Source: an uncultured Gemmatimonadales bacterium
GTDB taxonomy: Bacteria > Gemmatimonadota > Gemmatimonadetes > Gemmatimonadales > GWC2-71-9
Length of the DNA stretch: 64,000 nt
Direction: 5' to 3'
Assembly: GCA_963728915.1 (NCBI GenBank)
Contig: CAVSLV010000001.1
Location: forward strand, 1,216,001-1,280,000
The first letter of the stretch is position 1. Every line of letters begins with the position of its first letter. A program made the translations under genes and the position numbers. Under the pieces are notes generated by a model that searched no databases, was not told where the DNA came from, and was given only the letters and a program-made list of their open reading frames with translations. Positions 29,651 through 39,092 of this stretch are shown here, piece after piece.

Positions 29651-30567
29651 GTATCCTGCTTGGCATCGATGCCGGAGGGACCCGGACCACGGTCCTCCTT
29701 GCCGACGGCGACCGGATCGTCGCACGGGCGGTGGGGGGACCCGGGGCCGTGCGCCCGGGACGGGCCCTGGCTGCCTCAGCCCGGATCGCGGAGACGGCCC
29801 GGCGCGCCCTGACCGCGGCGCGGTTGCTCCACGCGGACGTCCTGGTGATCGGCGCTGCGGGCGCGGGACGCGACCCGGAACGAGCCGAGCTCCGCGACGG
29901 ACTTCGCGGCGAGCGGCTCGCCGAGCGGGTCACCGTTCTGGGCGATCTCGACATCGCGCTGGAAGCCGCGTTCGGGGCGGGACCCGGAATTGTCCTCGTT
30001 TCGGGGACCGGAAGCGTCGCGATCGGACGAACCTCCGATGGTAAAGTCCATCGCTCCGGCGGGTACGGGTGGCAGATGGGCGATGAAGGGGGCGGCTTCG
30101 CGATCGGGCGGTCGGGGCTCATCGCGGCTGGCCGAGCCCAGGACGGCAGAGGCGAGGCAACCGAGCTCACGGGGGCGCTGCTCGCCGCCACACCGGCATC
30201 CACGTTTGAAGAGCTGGTTCGCTGGACCTTGCTCGCCGATCCCACCGAAATCGCGGCGCTGGCTCCGGTGGTGTTCCAGGTCGCCGGCTCTGGTGACCGG
30301 GTCGCCCGGGACATCGTGCATGCCGCCGCGGAGGACCTGGCCACGCTGGCGAGCTCCCTGTTGCACGGGTTCGGGCCGCGAAAAGCGGTGTCGCTCGCGC
30401 TGGCGGGGGGGAACCTGCTTCCGGATCGGGGACTGCGAAAGCCGCTACTTGATCTCCTCAAGAAAACCGCGCGGCTTCAGGTGCGCGAGGAGACCATCGA
30501 GCCCGCGGAGGGGGCGTTGGCGATCGCAAGGCGGACCGGCGGACCGGCGGACGGGCGGAAAGGCTAG
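29647..30567 (+). CDS. BadF/BcrA-family GlcNAc/MurNAc kinase (MurK-like)
   Basis: GIDAGGTRT, LVSGTGS, GGYGWQMGDEGGG. Confidence 0.82.
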   Translation: MSILLGIDAGGTRTTVLLADGDRIVARAVGGPGAVRPGRALAASARIAETARRALTAARLLHADVLVIGAAGAGRDPERAELRDGLRGERLAERVTVLGDLDIALEAAFGAGPGIVLVSGTGSVAIGRTSDGKVHRSGGYGWQMGDEGGGFAIGRSGLIAAGRAQDGRGEATELTGALLAATPASTFEELVRWTLLADPTEIAALAPVVFQVAGSGDRVARDIVHAAAEDLATLASSLLHGFGPRKAVSLALAGGNLLPDRGLRKPLLDLLKKTARLQVREETIEPAEGALAIARRTGGPADGRKG

Positions 30568-30606
30568 CGCAGAACCGTCGGACTACTGCCGGTCCGCCGG
30601 TCCGCT
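30530..30606. repeat. Inverted octamer repeat (GGCGGACC-like x4 / GGTCCGCC x2) across two convergent gene ends
   Basis: Read directly. Confidence 0.8.
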
Positions 30607-32127
30607 CTTCGCCAGCCTGCTGTGCCGGCTCCCATAGAGGAAGTAGATCACCAGGCCGACCAGCAGCCAGATGCCGAATCGCTTCCAGGTAATACCGGGC
30701 AGCTCGTACATCAGGTAGAGGCAGGCCGCCACCGAGATCAGCGGAGTCCACGGGGCGCCCGGCACCCGGAAGGGCCTGGGCCGATCGGGATCCTTGACCC
30801 GCAGCACGATCACGCCGATCGAAACCAGAACGAACGCGAACAGGGTACCGATGTTGGTGAGGTCCACCACCTCCGCGATGTTGGCGAAGGCGGCGAACAC
30901 TGCCACGAAGACCCCGGTGAGAATGGTTCCGACATACGGAGTCCGGAACCTGGGATGCACTTTGGCCATTACCGGCGGGAGCAACCCGTCTCTCGACATC
31001 GAGAAGAAAATCCGGGGCTGGCCGAGCTGGAACACCAGGAGCACGCTTCCCATCGCCACCACGGCGCCGAGCGAGATGATGAACCGGGACGCATTGATGA
31101 GAATGGGGGGACCATTGGCCTGGGCCAGCGCGGTGATCATCGGTTCCGGAGTCCCGAGCGTGCGCCAGGGGGCGATGCCGGTCATCACCACCGCGAGCGC
31201 AATATACAGAACGGTGGTGATCACCAGGCTCATGATGATCCCGAACGGCATGTCTTTCTTCGGATCCCGGGCTTCTTCGGAAGCGGTGCTCACCGCGTCG
31301 AATCCGATATAGCTGAAGAAGATGATGGCGGCACCCGCGCTGATGCCAGCGAAGCCGTTCGGGGCAAAGCCTCCCTGGGCTGGATCGGTCCAGTTGCCGG
31401 GGCGAATGAAGAAGGCCCCCACGCCGACGAAGAACAGCAGGATCCCGATCTTGAGCAACACCATGGCGTTGTTGGCGTTTGCCGACTCGCGAACCCCGAT
31501 GACGAGGATCACGGTGATCACCGCCACCGAGAGGAAAGCCGGCAGGTTCGCGATGATCGGAATCCCGAACACGGTGGGCGCCGTGGTCAGGGCGGAGGCG
31601 AGATACTGGCTGCTGGGATCGGTGGCCCCGCCGGCAATCGCCGCCGCGGCCATGTGCGCGGAACGCGGATCGGTGGCAAGCCAGGCGGGAAGATCGAGTC
31701 CGAAATGGCTGATCAGCTCCCGGAAGTAGCCCGACCATCCGATCGCCACGCCGATGTTCCCGACCGCGTATTCGATGATGAGATCCCAGCCGATGATCCA
31801 CGCGACCAGCTCGCCGAGGGAAGCATAGGCGTAGGTATACGCCGACCCGGAGACCGGCACCATCGCGGCGAACTCGGCGTAGCAGAGAGCGGCGAACCCG
31901 CAGGCGACCGCCGTCAGCAGGAACGAGAGCACGATGGCGGGTCCGGCGCCGGGCCGGGCCGGGTCTCCCACGATGGCGGTGCCCGTGGCGACGAAAATCC
32001 CCGCCCCGATGGTGGCGCCGATGCCGAGGGCGGTGAGATGCCATTTGGTGAGAGTCCGCTTGAGACCGCCTCGCTCGCTCAGGTCGGTCTCGAATTCCGC
32101 GACGGATTTCCGGCGCAGCAGCTGCAT
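30583..32127 (-). CDS. APC-family amino acid permease
   Basis: LGIGATIGAGIF, ALCYAEFA, GSAYTY, YIGFDAVST, SRDGLLP. Confidence 0.92.
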   Translation of the reverse strand: MQLLRRKSVAEFETDLSERGGLKRTLTKWHLTALGIGATIGAGIFVATGTAIVGDPARPGAGPAIVLSFLLTAVACGFAALCYAEFAAMVPVSGSAYTYAYASLGELVAWIIGWDLIIEYAVGNIGVAIGWSGYFRELISHFGLDLPAWLATDPRSAHMAAAAIAGGATDPSSQYLASALTTAPTVFGIPIIANLPAFLSVAVITVILVIGVRESANANNAMVLLKIGILLFFVGVGAFFIRPGNWTDPAQGGFAPNGFAGISAGAAIIFFSYIGFDAVSTASEEARDPKKDMPFGIIMSLVITTVLYIALAVVMTGIAPWRTLGTPEPMITALAQANGPPILINASRFIISLGAVVAMGSVLLVFQLGQPRIFFSMSRDGLLPPVMAKVHPRFRTPYVGTILTGVFVAVFAAFANIAEVVDLTNIGTLFAFVLVSIGVIVLRVKDPDRPRPFRVPGAPWTPLISVAACLYLMYELPGITWKRFGIWLLVGLVIYFLYGSRHSRLAKSGPADRQ

Positions 32128-32140
32128 GCGAGCTCCCGGC

Positions 32141-32902
32141 TTAGAAGGAGAGGCGGACGATCGCGATCCCCGGAATCGCCTGACCCGCGGCATTCCGGGC
32201 GGGCCGGAAGCGGTAGGCGCGCATGGCTTCTTCGAGCTTCTTTGCGTAGCCCCGATCGCCGACTTCGGGGATGAACACCACGCGTTCGACCCGCCCGTCC
32301 GCGAGCACGAAGAAGTTAACGTCGATAGTCTGACCCCGCATGGTGCCGGGATAGTCGAAGGGCGGCAGGATCAGGCGGGTCGATTCGGGTGGACGCGCCC
32401 GGCCCCGGGCCGAGTCGTTCGCCGCCACCACCCCGGTGCCCGCTCCGGAGCCGGGCCCACTACCAGGACCGGCGCCGGTCCCCGCTCCCCCGCCGGTGCC
32501 GCCACCGGTGCCGGCTTCTCCGCCGGTATCCGTGGCTTTGGGCGTGGAGTCGATGACCGGCGCGGGCGGGGGAACCGGCACCAGGGGAATCTGCCGGGTT
32601 ATGACGACCCGCGGAATCACCCGGGGCACGGCCACCGGCGGGCGCACTCTGGGTGTCGACGGCGGGACGTAGGCGGGCAAGCTCACCAGGGCGACCTGGC
32701 GTCCGCCGCCACCGCCGGGGCGGCCGGTGGATTCCCTGGTCACATCGAGCCAGGGGCTGTCGCCCCGGGTGACCTCCACGACGATGAGCAACAGGATCAG
32801 ATGCAAGATCAGGGAGAGCCAGACGCCCCACCGGAACCGTGAGGATTCCGGCATGGCGAGGCGCGGAGGCGGCAGCGGCGGAAGAACGATCGGTGCGGGC
32901 AC
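32141..32902 (-). CDS. TonB-like energy transducer
   Basis: N-terminal TM with SxxxH (SLILH), Pro/Gly-rich linker, C-terminal YRFRPAR. Start uncertain (32902 or 32854). Confidence 0.65.
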   Translation of the reverse strand: MPAPIVLPPLPPPRLAMPESSRFRWGVWLSLILHLILLLIVVEVTRGDSPWLDVTRESTGRPGGGGGRQVALVSLPAYVPPSTPRVRPPVAVPRVIPRVVITRQIPLVPVPPPAPVIDSTPKATDTGGEAGTGGGTGGGAGTGAGPGSGPGSGAGTGVVAANDSARGRARPPESTRLILPPFDYPGTMRGQTIDVNFFVLADGRVERVVFIPEVGDRGYAKKLEEAMRAYRFRPARNAAGQAIPGIAIVRLSF

Positions 32903-32926
32903 GTTCCAGTCTAACCAGACCCCGGG

Positions 32927-32954
32927 AACAAAACAGGGGCCCGAAGGCCCCTGT
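32927..32954 (-). terminator. Intrinsic terminator after exbD
   Basis: Minus strand ACAGGGGCC-TTCG-GGCCCCTGT then TTTGTT. Confidence 0.7.
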
Positions 32955-32975
32955 CAGTGGTGCGAAATACGCCGC

Positions 32976-33380
32976 TCAGGCCTTGGGCGTGAAGCCGATG
33001 ACCTCGATGCCGGCCCCCCGCACGATGTCCATGGCGTCGATGACATCCTGGTACTTCCGGTTCCCCGCCGCCTTGATGAAGAGCAGCTTGGCGGGCCGGG
33101 GATCGAAGATCGCGTGGATCTGGGTGGCAAGCTGATCCGCCGGCACCGGCTGCCCATTGATCGCGTAGCTCCCGTCTTCGGCGATCTGCAGCACGATCTG
33201 GGTGGACGGGGCGGTGCTCGTGCTCTGGACCGGCGGGGGTACCTGCACCGCGGTGATCATCCGTGACAGAGGCAGCGAGATCATGAAGATGATCAGGAGC
33301 ACCAGCAGGATGTCGATCATCGGGATCACATTGGGCTCGGAGCTGACGCCGCCTTGTGCGCCCCCGGCTGACATTGCCAT
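32976..33380 (-). CDS. ExbD/TolR family protein
   Basis: EPNVIPMIDILLVLLIIFM. Confidence 0.92.
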   Translation of the reverse strand: MAMSAGGAQGGVSSEPNVIPMIDILLVLLIIFMISLPLSRMITAVQVPPPVQSTSTAPSTQIVLQIAEDGSYAINGQPVPADQLATQIHAIFDPRPAKLLFIKAAGNRKYQDVIDAMDIVRGAGIEVIGFTPKA

Positions 33381-33395
33381 GGTTCGCGTTCCTTT

Positions 33396-33848
33396 CTACT
33401 GAGGCGGGGCAACCCCGCAGTTGCCCCGGTCCTTGCATTCGACGATCGCCTTCATCATTCGCACGCCGGCCCGCCGCGCAATTTCCACCGCATCCTGAAT
33501 CTTTTCGAACGCGAGGTCCTTGTCGGCCCGGAAGTACATGATCTTGTCTTCCGTATGGGTCGTGGCGTAGATGCTCCGGAGCTGGTCCTCCAGCAGGTCG
33601 GCCGGGATCGGCTGACTGTTGAGGAAATACCCGCCCGCCGCATCGATCCCCAGCACGACTTCATTCTCGCCCTCGGGGTCCTTGGCGAGGTTCTGCCCGC
33701 TCGGCATGACGGCCTTGAACCCGGCCGCCAGCAGCGGCGTCACGATCATGAAGATGATCAACAGCACCAGCATGATGTCGATCATGGGGATGACGTTGGG
33801 CTCAGACTTGACCGCAGTCTGGCCCGCCCGCTCAACTGATGTGCCCAC
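33396..33848 (-). CDS. ExbD/TolR family protein
   Basis: EPNVIPMIDIMLVLLIIFMIVTP, FRADK. Confidence 0.92.
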   Translation of the reverse strand: MGTSVERAGQTAVKSEPNVIPMIDIMLVLLIIFMIVTPLLAAGFKAVMPSGQNLAKDPEGENEVVLGIDAAGGYFLNSQPIPADLLEDQLRSIYATTHTEDKIMYFRADKDLAFEKIQDAVEIARRAGVRMMKAIVECKDRGNCGVAPPQ

Positions 33849-34578
33849 TGCCGCTCACCGCCTTCTGGGCCTGAAACTCCTTGGTGAAGATCGAGCGGCC
33901 GAACTCGCTGCCGACGCTCTTGATGAGGTAGTCGATCAGCTCCTTCGACGTGTAGGTCATCTCGACCGTCAGGTTCTCGACCTTGGTGGTGAAGTAGTTG
34001 TAGAACCACACCGCCGGGATCGCGACGAACAGGCCCAGCGCGGTGGTGATCAGGGCTTCCGAAATACCCTTCGAGATCCCGGCCAGTCCGCCCGAGGTGC
34101 CGCCCGCGTTGATCGCGGCGAACGACTGGACGATACCCATCGTGGTGCCGAGCAGTCCGACGAACGGCGCGGTGGATCCCACCGTCGCCAGAATGCCGAG
34201 GCCCCGCTTGAACTCGGAGAGCACGATCAGCATCTGGCGTTCCACCGCGCGTTCGGCGGAGTTGATATCGGCCGCGGTAATGGTGGCCCGGTCCCGCAGC
34301 AGCGGCTTGACCTCCTGGAGCGCCCCGCCCAGCACGCGGGACACGTGGCTGCCCTGATTCTTCTCGGAGAGGGTGATCGCGGTATCGAGCTGCTCTTCCT
34401 GAATGGCGCGGGAGAACTGGGGCGCGAACTTGCGGGTGGCCACCGTGCTCTTCCGCACCTGCCACATCTTGTTCAGCGCCATGGTCAGGGAGATGAACGA
34501 CATGATGAGGAGCACGACCACGATGCCCTTGGCGAAGGGACCGGCATCGTGCCACAGACCGAGAATATCTACACCCAT
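33832..34578 (-). CDS. ExbB/TolQ/MotA proton channel
   Basis: LATVGSTAPFVGLLGT, GISEALITTALGLFVAIPA. Confidence 0.93.
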   Translation of the reverse strand: MGVDILGLWHDAGPFAKGIVVVLLIMSFISLTMALNKMWQVRKSTVATRKFAPQFSRAIQEEQLDTAITLSEKNQGSHVSRVLGGALQEVKPLLRDRATITAADINSAERAVERQMLIVLSEFKRGLGILATVGSTAPFVGLLGTTMGIVQSFAAINAGGTSGGLAGISKGISEALITTALGLFVAIPAVWFYNYFTTKVENLTVEMTYTSKELIDYLIKSVGSEFGRSIFTKEFQAQKAVSGSGHIS

Positions 34579-34605
34579 GTTGAACTCCTTCGACGGGAAA
34601 AAGGA

Positions 34606-35307
34606 TTACTGGCCAATCGTGAAGCCGAATCGCTGCTGCACCAGCTGCCGGACCGCCCGGCCCTTGATACGGGCCGGTTTGAACACGCTCTTGAGGACCG
34701 CTTCCTTGGCCGGGGCCTCGAATTGCGGGTGGCTCGACCGGATCACATGCCAGCTCGCGGGCTCGGCGTGCCCGGTGGTATCGACCACGAACTGCGCTTC
34801 GACGAAGCCCTGGACTCCGGCCTGCTGGAGCACTGGCGGGTAGCGGGGCCGCGGCTGGTTGATCGGCGCGACCGGATCATCCACCTGCTCGGCCAGGAAC
34901 GCCTCACCGGTCACCGGACCAGTGCCGCCGGCGATGCCGGTGGCCACGCCCCCTTCCACACCCTTCCCAGTGAAGTCCGCGGCGTTGAATCGCTCGTTCA
35001 GATTCACCGGCGGGATTTCCTTGGGGATTTCATTCGGCGGCATCACCGTCTGGAATCCGAGGGGCGGTGGATTCGCGGTGACGACGACATCGGGAGGGGG
35101 CGGTTCAGGCGGGGGCGGCGGAGGGGGCTCCGGCGGCTTGAGGAAGACCATGTTGGTGTCCGCCAGGATCTTGCTCATCTGCTCCGCCGCGCCCCTGGTC
35201 GCGACGATCGCGCCGAACCCCAGCACCACGTGGAGGATCGCCGAAATGACAATCTGGCTCCTGGTCCTGATCTTCCTGGGTTTCGATTCGATCAGGTTTT
35301 CGAACAT
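34606..35307 (-). CDS. tonB: Energy transducer TonB
   Basis: SAILH TM motif, poly-Pro tract, PRYP...FVVD..G...FKPA. Confidence 0.9.
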   Translation of the reverse strand: MFENLIESKPRKIRTRSQIVISAILHVVLGFGAIVATRGAAEQMSKILADTNMVFLKPPEPPPPPPPEPPPPDVVVTANPPPLGFQTVMPPNEIPKEIPPVNLNERFNAADFTGKGVEGGVATGIAGGTGPVTGEAFLAEQVDDPVAPINQPRPRYPPVLQQAGVQGFVEAQFVVDTTGHAEPASWHVIRSSHPQFEAPAKEAVLKSVFKPARIKGRAVRQLVQQRFGFTIGQ

Positions 35308-35376
35308 GCAGTTGCCTCCGCGGGTCGCTGCCTACAGACAATAACGTACGGCAAGTGGCACTGAGGTCACCACCGC

Positions 35377-35394
35377 ATGACAATTCGATGACAA
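35377..35394 (-). promoter_or_regulatory. Pho-box-like direct repeat TTGTCAT-N4-TTGTCAT
   Basis: Two perfect heptamers with 11-bp period upstream of tonB. Confidence 0.55.
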
Positions 35395-35399
35395 AACGG

Positions 35400-36875
35400 T
35401 TAGGAGACGCTTACACCGGGTGGATTCCGGGGCAGCGTCACGAGGAACTGGGTACCCCGACCGGGGCGGCTCTGCACCGCTATGGTGCCTCCATGGGCCT
35501 CAGCCACCCATTTGGTGATGGCCAGTCCGAGGCCGGTTCCCGGGCGTTCCCCTTCCCGGGATCGGGCCGGGTCTGCCCGCCAGAAGCGGTCGAATATATG
35601 CGGCAGGTCGCCCGCCGCAATGCCGATCCCGGTATCCGAAACCGTGATGACCAAACCGCTCTCCTGCTCCTCGAGCTGAATCGTGACCTGCCCGCCGGCC
35701 GGGGTGTACTTGACTGCGTTGGTGACCAGATTGAGCAGGAGCTGCCGGATGCGGTTGCGGTCGGCCCGGAAGGGCACCGCCCCGGGAGCCAGCGTCGTGG
35801 TGACCCTGAGACCGGCGGATTCTCCCAGAATGCTGGCGGTCTCGCCCGCCTCCTCCACGAGGCTCCGCAGGTCGCAGTCCTCGAGCGCGAGGGGCAAGCG
35901 GCCCTCGTCGGCGCGCGCCAGCGTGAGCAGGCTATCGACCAGCTCGGTCATCAGGTTGATCTGGTCGAGCGATTCGTCGAGCGCCTGGAGGCTCTCGGCG
36001 GGAGTGCCGGGGTGACGGAGCGCTCGTTCGACCCCGGCGCGGAGCACCATGATCGGGGTTTTCAGCTCGTGACTGGCCTCGGCGGTGAATCGGTGCAGCG
36101 CCGAGAAGCTGCGTTCGAGCCGCTCGAACATGCGGTTCACCGCGGTGCCGAGGCGGGCCACCTCGTCGCCCCGGGGATCGACCACCACCCGCCGATGGAG
36201 GCTCCGTCCATCGGTGATGGCTTCCAGCTCGCGCACCATTTCTCCCAGGGGCGCCATGCTGCGTCCCGCGATCCAGCCACCCAGCAGCACCGACGCCAGC
36301 AGGATGAGCGGAGCGATCGCCAGCATCACGGACAGGAGGTCCTGGGCGACCAGTCCGCTGGGTGGGCTGGGCGCCGCCACCAGGACCGCGGCGATCCCGG
36401 GCCCGGCCCCCCGGATCATGCGGAGATGGAACCGGCTGGCCCCGGTCCGTTCGCTGAAGCGATACTCCCCCGAGGAGGAGCCGCCGAACGGCGGACGGGC
36501 CGGGGCCAGGAAGCTTTCGAACTGGTCGACCCGGAGCTGGGCGGCGGAATCGGAAGCGAACAGGACCCCTCCGCTCGAGTCGACCACCGCGAGATAGTCC
36601 TGAATGCTCTCGAAATAGGACGCGATCGACGGCTCCAGAACCGCCCGGGCATCGTGACGCTCCTGACTCACGATCCGGCCCAGCACCCGGTAGGACTCCT
36701 CGAGATACCTGGCGGAGAGATCGGCTTCGAGCAGGAGGCGTTGCTGAAGGCGGGCGTCGAGGCTCCGCTGGTTGCTGCGCTGCCAGGCGAAGAAAAGGAG
36801 GGCCCCGAATACGATCATGGTGATCACCAGGGCCACCACGTAGCCCAGGGTCAGCCGCCAGCGGATGGAAGGCAC
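35400..36875 (-). CDS. HAMP sensor histidine kinase (CusS/CzcS-like)
   Basis: Two TMs, HAMP, ASHELKTP, NLVTNAVKYT, GTGLGL. Confidence 0.92.
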   Translation of the reverse strand: MPSIRWRLTLGYVVALVITMIVFGALLFFAWQRSNQRSLDARLQQRLLLEADLSARYLEESYRVLGRIVSQERHDARAVLEPSIASYFESIQDYLAVVDSSGGVLFASDSAAQLRVDQFESFLAPARPPFGGSSSGEYRFSERTGASRFHLRMIRGAGPGIAAVLVAAPSPPSGLVAQDLLSVMLAIAPLILLASVLLGGWIAGRSMAPLGEMVRELEAITDGRSLHRRVVVDPRGDEVARLGTAVNRMFERLERSFSALHRFTAEASHELKTPIMVLRAGVERALRHPGTPAESLQALDESLDQINLMTELVDSLLTLARADEGRLPLALEDCDLRSLVEEAGETASILGESAGLRVTTTLAPGAVPFRADRNRIRQLLLNLVTNAVKYTPAGGQVTIQLEEQESGLVITVSDTGIGIAAGDLPHIFDRFWRADPARSREGERPGTGLGLAITKWVAEAHGGTIAVQSRPGRGTQFLVTLPRNPPGVSVS

Positions 36876-36876
36876 G

Positions 36877-37545
36877 TCAGGGCCGGATCACGTAGCCCAC
36901 GCCCCGGACGGTGTGCAGCAGTTTCCGTTGTTGTCCGGAATCGAGTTTCTTGCGCAGGCGGTTGATCACCACGTCGACGATGTTGGTGCCGGGATCGAAG
37001 TGGTAGTCCCAGGCGTACTCGGTGATCAGGGTCCGGGACATGACCCGGGGGGAGTGCCGCATCAGGTACTCGAGCACCGCGTATTCCTTGGGGGTGAGCT
37101 CGGCCTCCTTGCCGCCCCGGCGCACCTCGTGGGTATTCCGGTCGAGCTCCAGGTCCCCCACCTGCAGACGGGTCGAGGACAGCTGCTTGGGCCGCCGCGA
37201 CAAGGCCTCGACCCGGGCGAGCACTTCCTCCAGGGAGAACGGCTTGGTGACGTAGTCGTCCGCGCCGGCACGCAGGGCATCGACCTTCTGGCCCACGGCA
37301 TCCTGGGCGGTGAGGATCAGAATCGGGGTTGGATTGCCGCGGTCCCGGAGGGTTCGCAGCACTTCGAGCCCGCTCATCCCGGGGAGGCGGAGATCGAGCA
37401 CGACGACGTCATAGAGCTCCCCCGACGCGAGCCGCAGGGCCTCCAGTCCATCGGTCACCAGGTCGGCGTGATACTGGGCCTCCTCGAGACCACGCCGGAG
37501 ATACTGTCCCACGGTCCGGTCGTCCTCGACCACCAGCACCTTCAC
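36877..37545 (-). CDS. OmpR-family response regulator (CusR/CzcR-like)
   Basis: VLVVEDD, GADDYVTKPF, LTPKEY, NIVDVVINRLRKK, TVRGVGY. Confidence 0.94.
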   Translation of the reverse strand: MKVLVVEDDRTVGQYLRRGLEEAQYHADLVTDGLEALRLASGELYDVVVLDLRLPGMSGLEVLRTLRDRGNPTPILILTAQDAVGQKVDALRAGADDYVTKPFSLEEVLARVEALSRRPKQLSSTRLQVGDLELDRNTHEVRRGGKEAELTPKEYAVLEYLMRHSPRVMSRTLITEYAWDYHFDPGTNIVDVVINRLRKKLDSGQQRKLLHTVRGVGYVIRP

Positions 37546-39068
37546 GCCGGCACCCCGATCGCGACCGGGAGATAGACCCGGAAGCTGCTCCCCAGCCCGG
37601 GCTCGGAGTCGACCTCGATCCGGCCGCGGTGCTGCTCCACGATCCCGTAGCAGATCGAAAGCCCTAACCCGGTCCCCCGGCCCGGGGGCTTGGTGGTGTA
37701 GAAGGGTTCGAAGATCTTGGGGAGCACCGCGGCCGGGATGCCATGTCCGGTGTCGCGCACCTCGATCGCGACCTCGTCGGACCGGGCCGGATTCACCCGG
37801 GTCGCGACGGTCAGGACCCCGCCCTCCTCCATCGAATCCACCCCGTTGAGCATCAGGGCCATGAGGACCTGCACCATCTGCTCGTCGTTGGCCAGCACCG
37901 GCGGAAGTTCCGGGGCGAGCTGCCGTTCCACCGTGATGCGCCGGAACCGGCGATGATGCTTGAGCAGGAACAGGGTCTGTTCGACCAGGTCGTTCACCGC
38001 GGTGGCCCGCTTGGGCGCGGCCTCCTTGGGCCGGCTGAAGTCGAGCAGCCCGTCCACGATCCGGGTGCAGCGGTCGACCTCCTTATCGATGATCTCGAGG
38101 TATTCCCGGACGGTTCCATCGGCGGCCTCTCCCAGCCGCGCCTCGATGGCGGCCACGCAGGCGCCGATGGTGGCGAGCGGGTTATTGATCTCGTGCATCA
38201 CGCCCGCCGCGAGCTGGCCCACCGCGGCGAGCTTCTCGCTCTGAAGGATCTTCTGCTGGACCTGCCGCGCCTCGGTGACATCCTCGCCGATCGTGATGAC
38301 GTGGGAGACCTCGTCCCCGGCGAGGCGCATCGGAATCCGGCTGATCCGGTAGACCCGCACGTCCGGAGAAGGTTCCCCCCGGACCTCGATCTCCATTTGC
38401 TGGAGCTCGCCCGATCGAAACACCCGGTCGAATTCCGCCTTGAGCTGCGCCGCCGGCTGCCGGGTCAGCACTTCGAAGACCGGTCGCCCCATGACGTCGG
38501 TGCGCCGGAGTCCCTGGGTGCCCAGCTCCCGTTTCCGGTTCCAGACCTGAATCCGGTATTCCCGGTCGATCACGTAGAGTCCCACCGGCAGGCTGTCGAT
38601 GATGAGGCTGGTAAAGCGGCGCTGGCCTTCGATCTCCCGGGCCCCGCTCGCCACCTCGAGTGCCAGGTCCTGGGAACGGGTGAGCGCATCGAGGTAGGGA
38701 GCGAGCAAATCGCAAGCAATCGCAATGATCGGCGATTCGAAAGGCGTCGAGTCGCCGTCGAACGCCAGCTCCAGCAGGCCGACCCGGACCCCGCCGTGAA
38801 TCAGGGGAAGACGGCGGGTCCCCCGCGCCGGTGGGGGCAGGCTGTCGAGCGATTCCGCTTCGAACTCACCGGTCGGAGCGGTGAGCCCGAAGTAGACGGC
38901 CTCTCCATGGCGCCGCCGCCAGATCACCACCTGGCGGGCCCCCGTCGCGGCCTGAACCGTGGCCGATACGGTGCGGAGCGCCTCGTCGGCGGCCAGGCCG
39001 CTGTTCAGCACCCGGGCGACCTGCCCGACCACTTCGAACGCGGATCGGGCCCCCACCACTTCGCTCAT
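37542..39068 (-). CDS. Cytoplasmic GAF-like/PAS sensor histidine kinase
   Basis: QSEKLAAVGQLAAGVMHEINNPL, FYTTK..GRGTGLGLS. Confidence 0.9.
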   Translation of the reverse strand: MSEVVGARSAFEVVGQVARVLNSGLAADEALRTVSATVQAATGARQVVIWRRRHGEAVYFGLTAPTGEFEAESLDSLPPPARGTRRLPLIHGGVRVGLLELAFDGDSTPFESPIIAIACDLLAPYLDALTRSQDLALEVASGAREIEGQRRFTSLIIDSLPVGLYVIDREYRIQVWNRKRELGTQGLRRTDVMGRPVFEVLTRQPAAQLKAEFDRVFRSGELQQMEIEVRGEPSPDVRVYRISRIPMRLAGDEVSHVITIGEDVTEARQVQQKILQSEKLAAVGQLAAGVMHEINNPLATIGACVAAIEARLGEAADGTVREYLEIIDKEVDRCTRIVDGLLDFSRPKEAAPKRATAVNDLVEQTLFLLKHHRRFRRITVERQLAPELPPVLANDEQMVQVLMALMLNGVDSMEEGGVLTVATRVNPARSDEVAIEVRDTGHGIPAAVLPKIFEPFYTTKPPGRGTGLGLSICYGIVEQHRGRIEVDSEPGLGSSFRVYLPVAIGVPA

Positions 39069-39092
39069 GCAGTGCCTCGCGGATTCCCAATT

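Noticed and set aside
32430..32530. Repeats in the TonB-like gene, also tonB poly-Pro and the E2 linker
   Set aside because: Low-complexity Gly/Thr/Pro/Ala linkers expected in these proteins.
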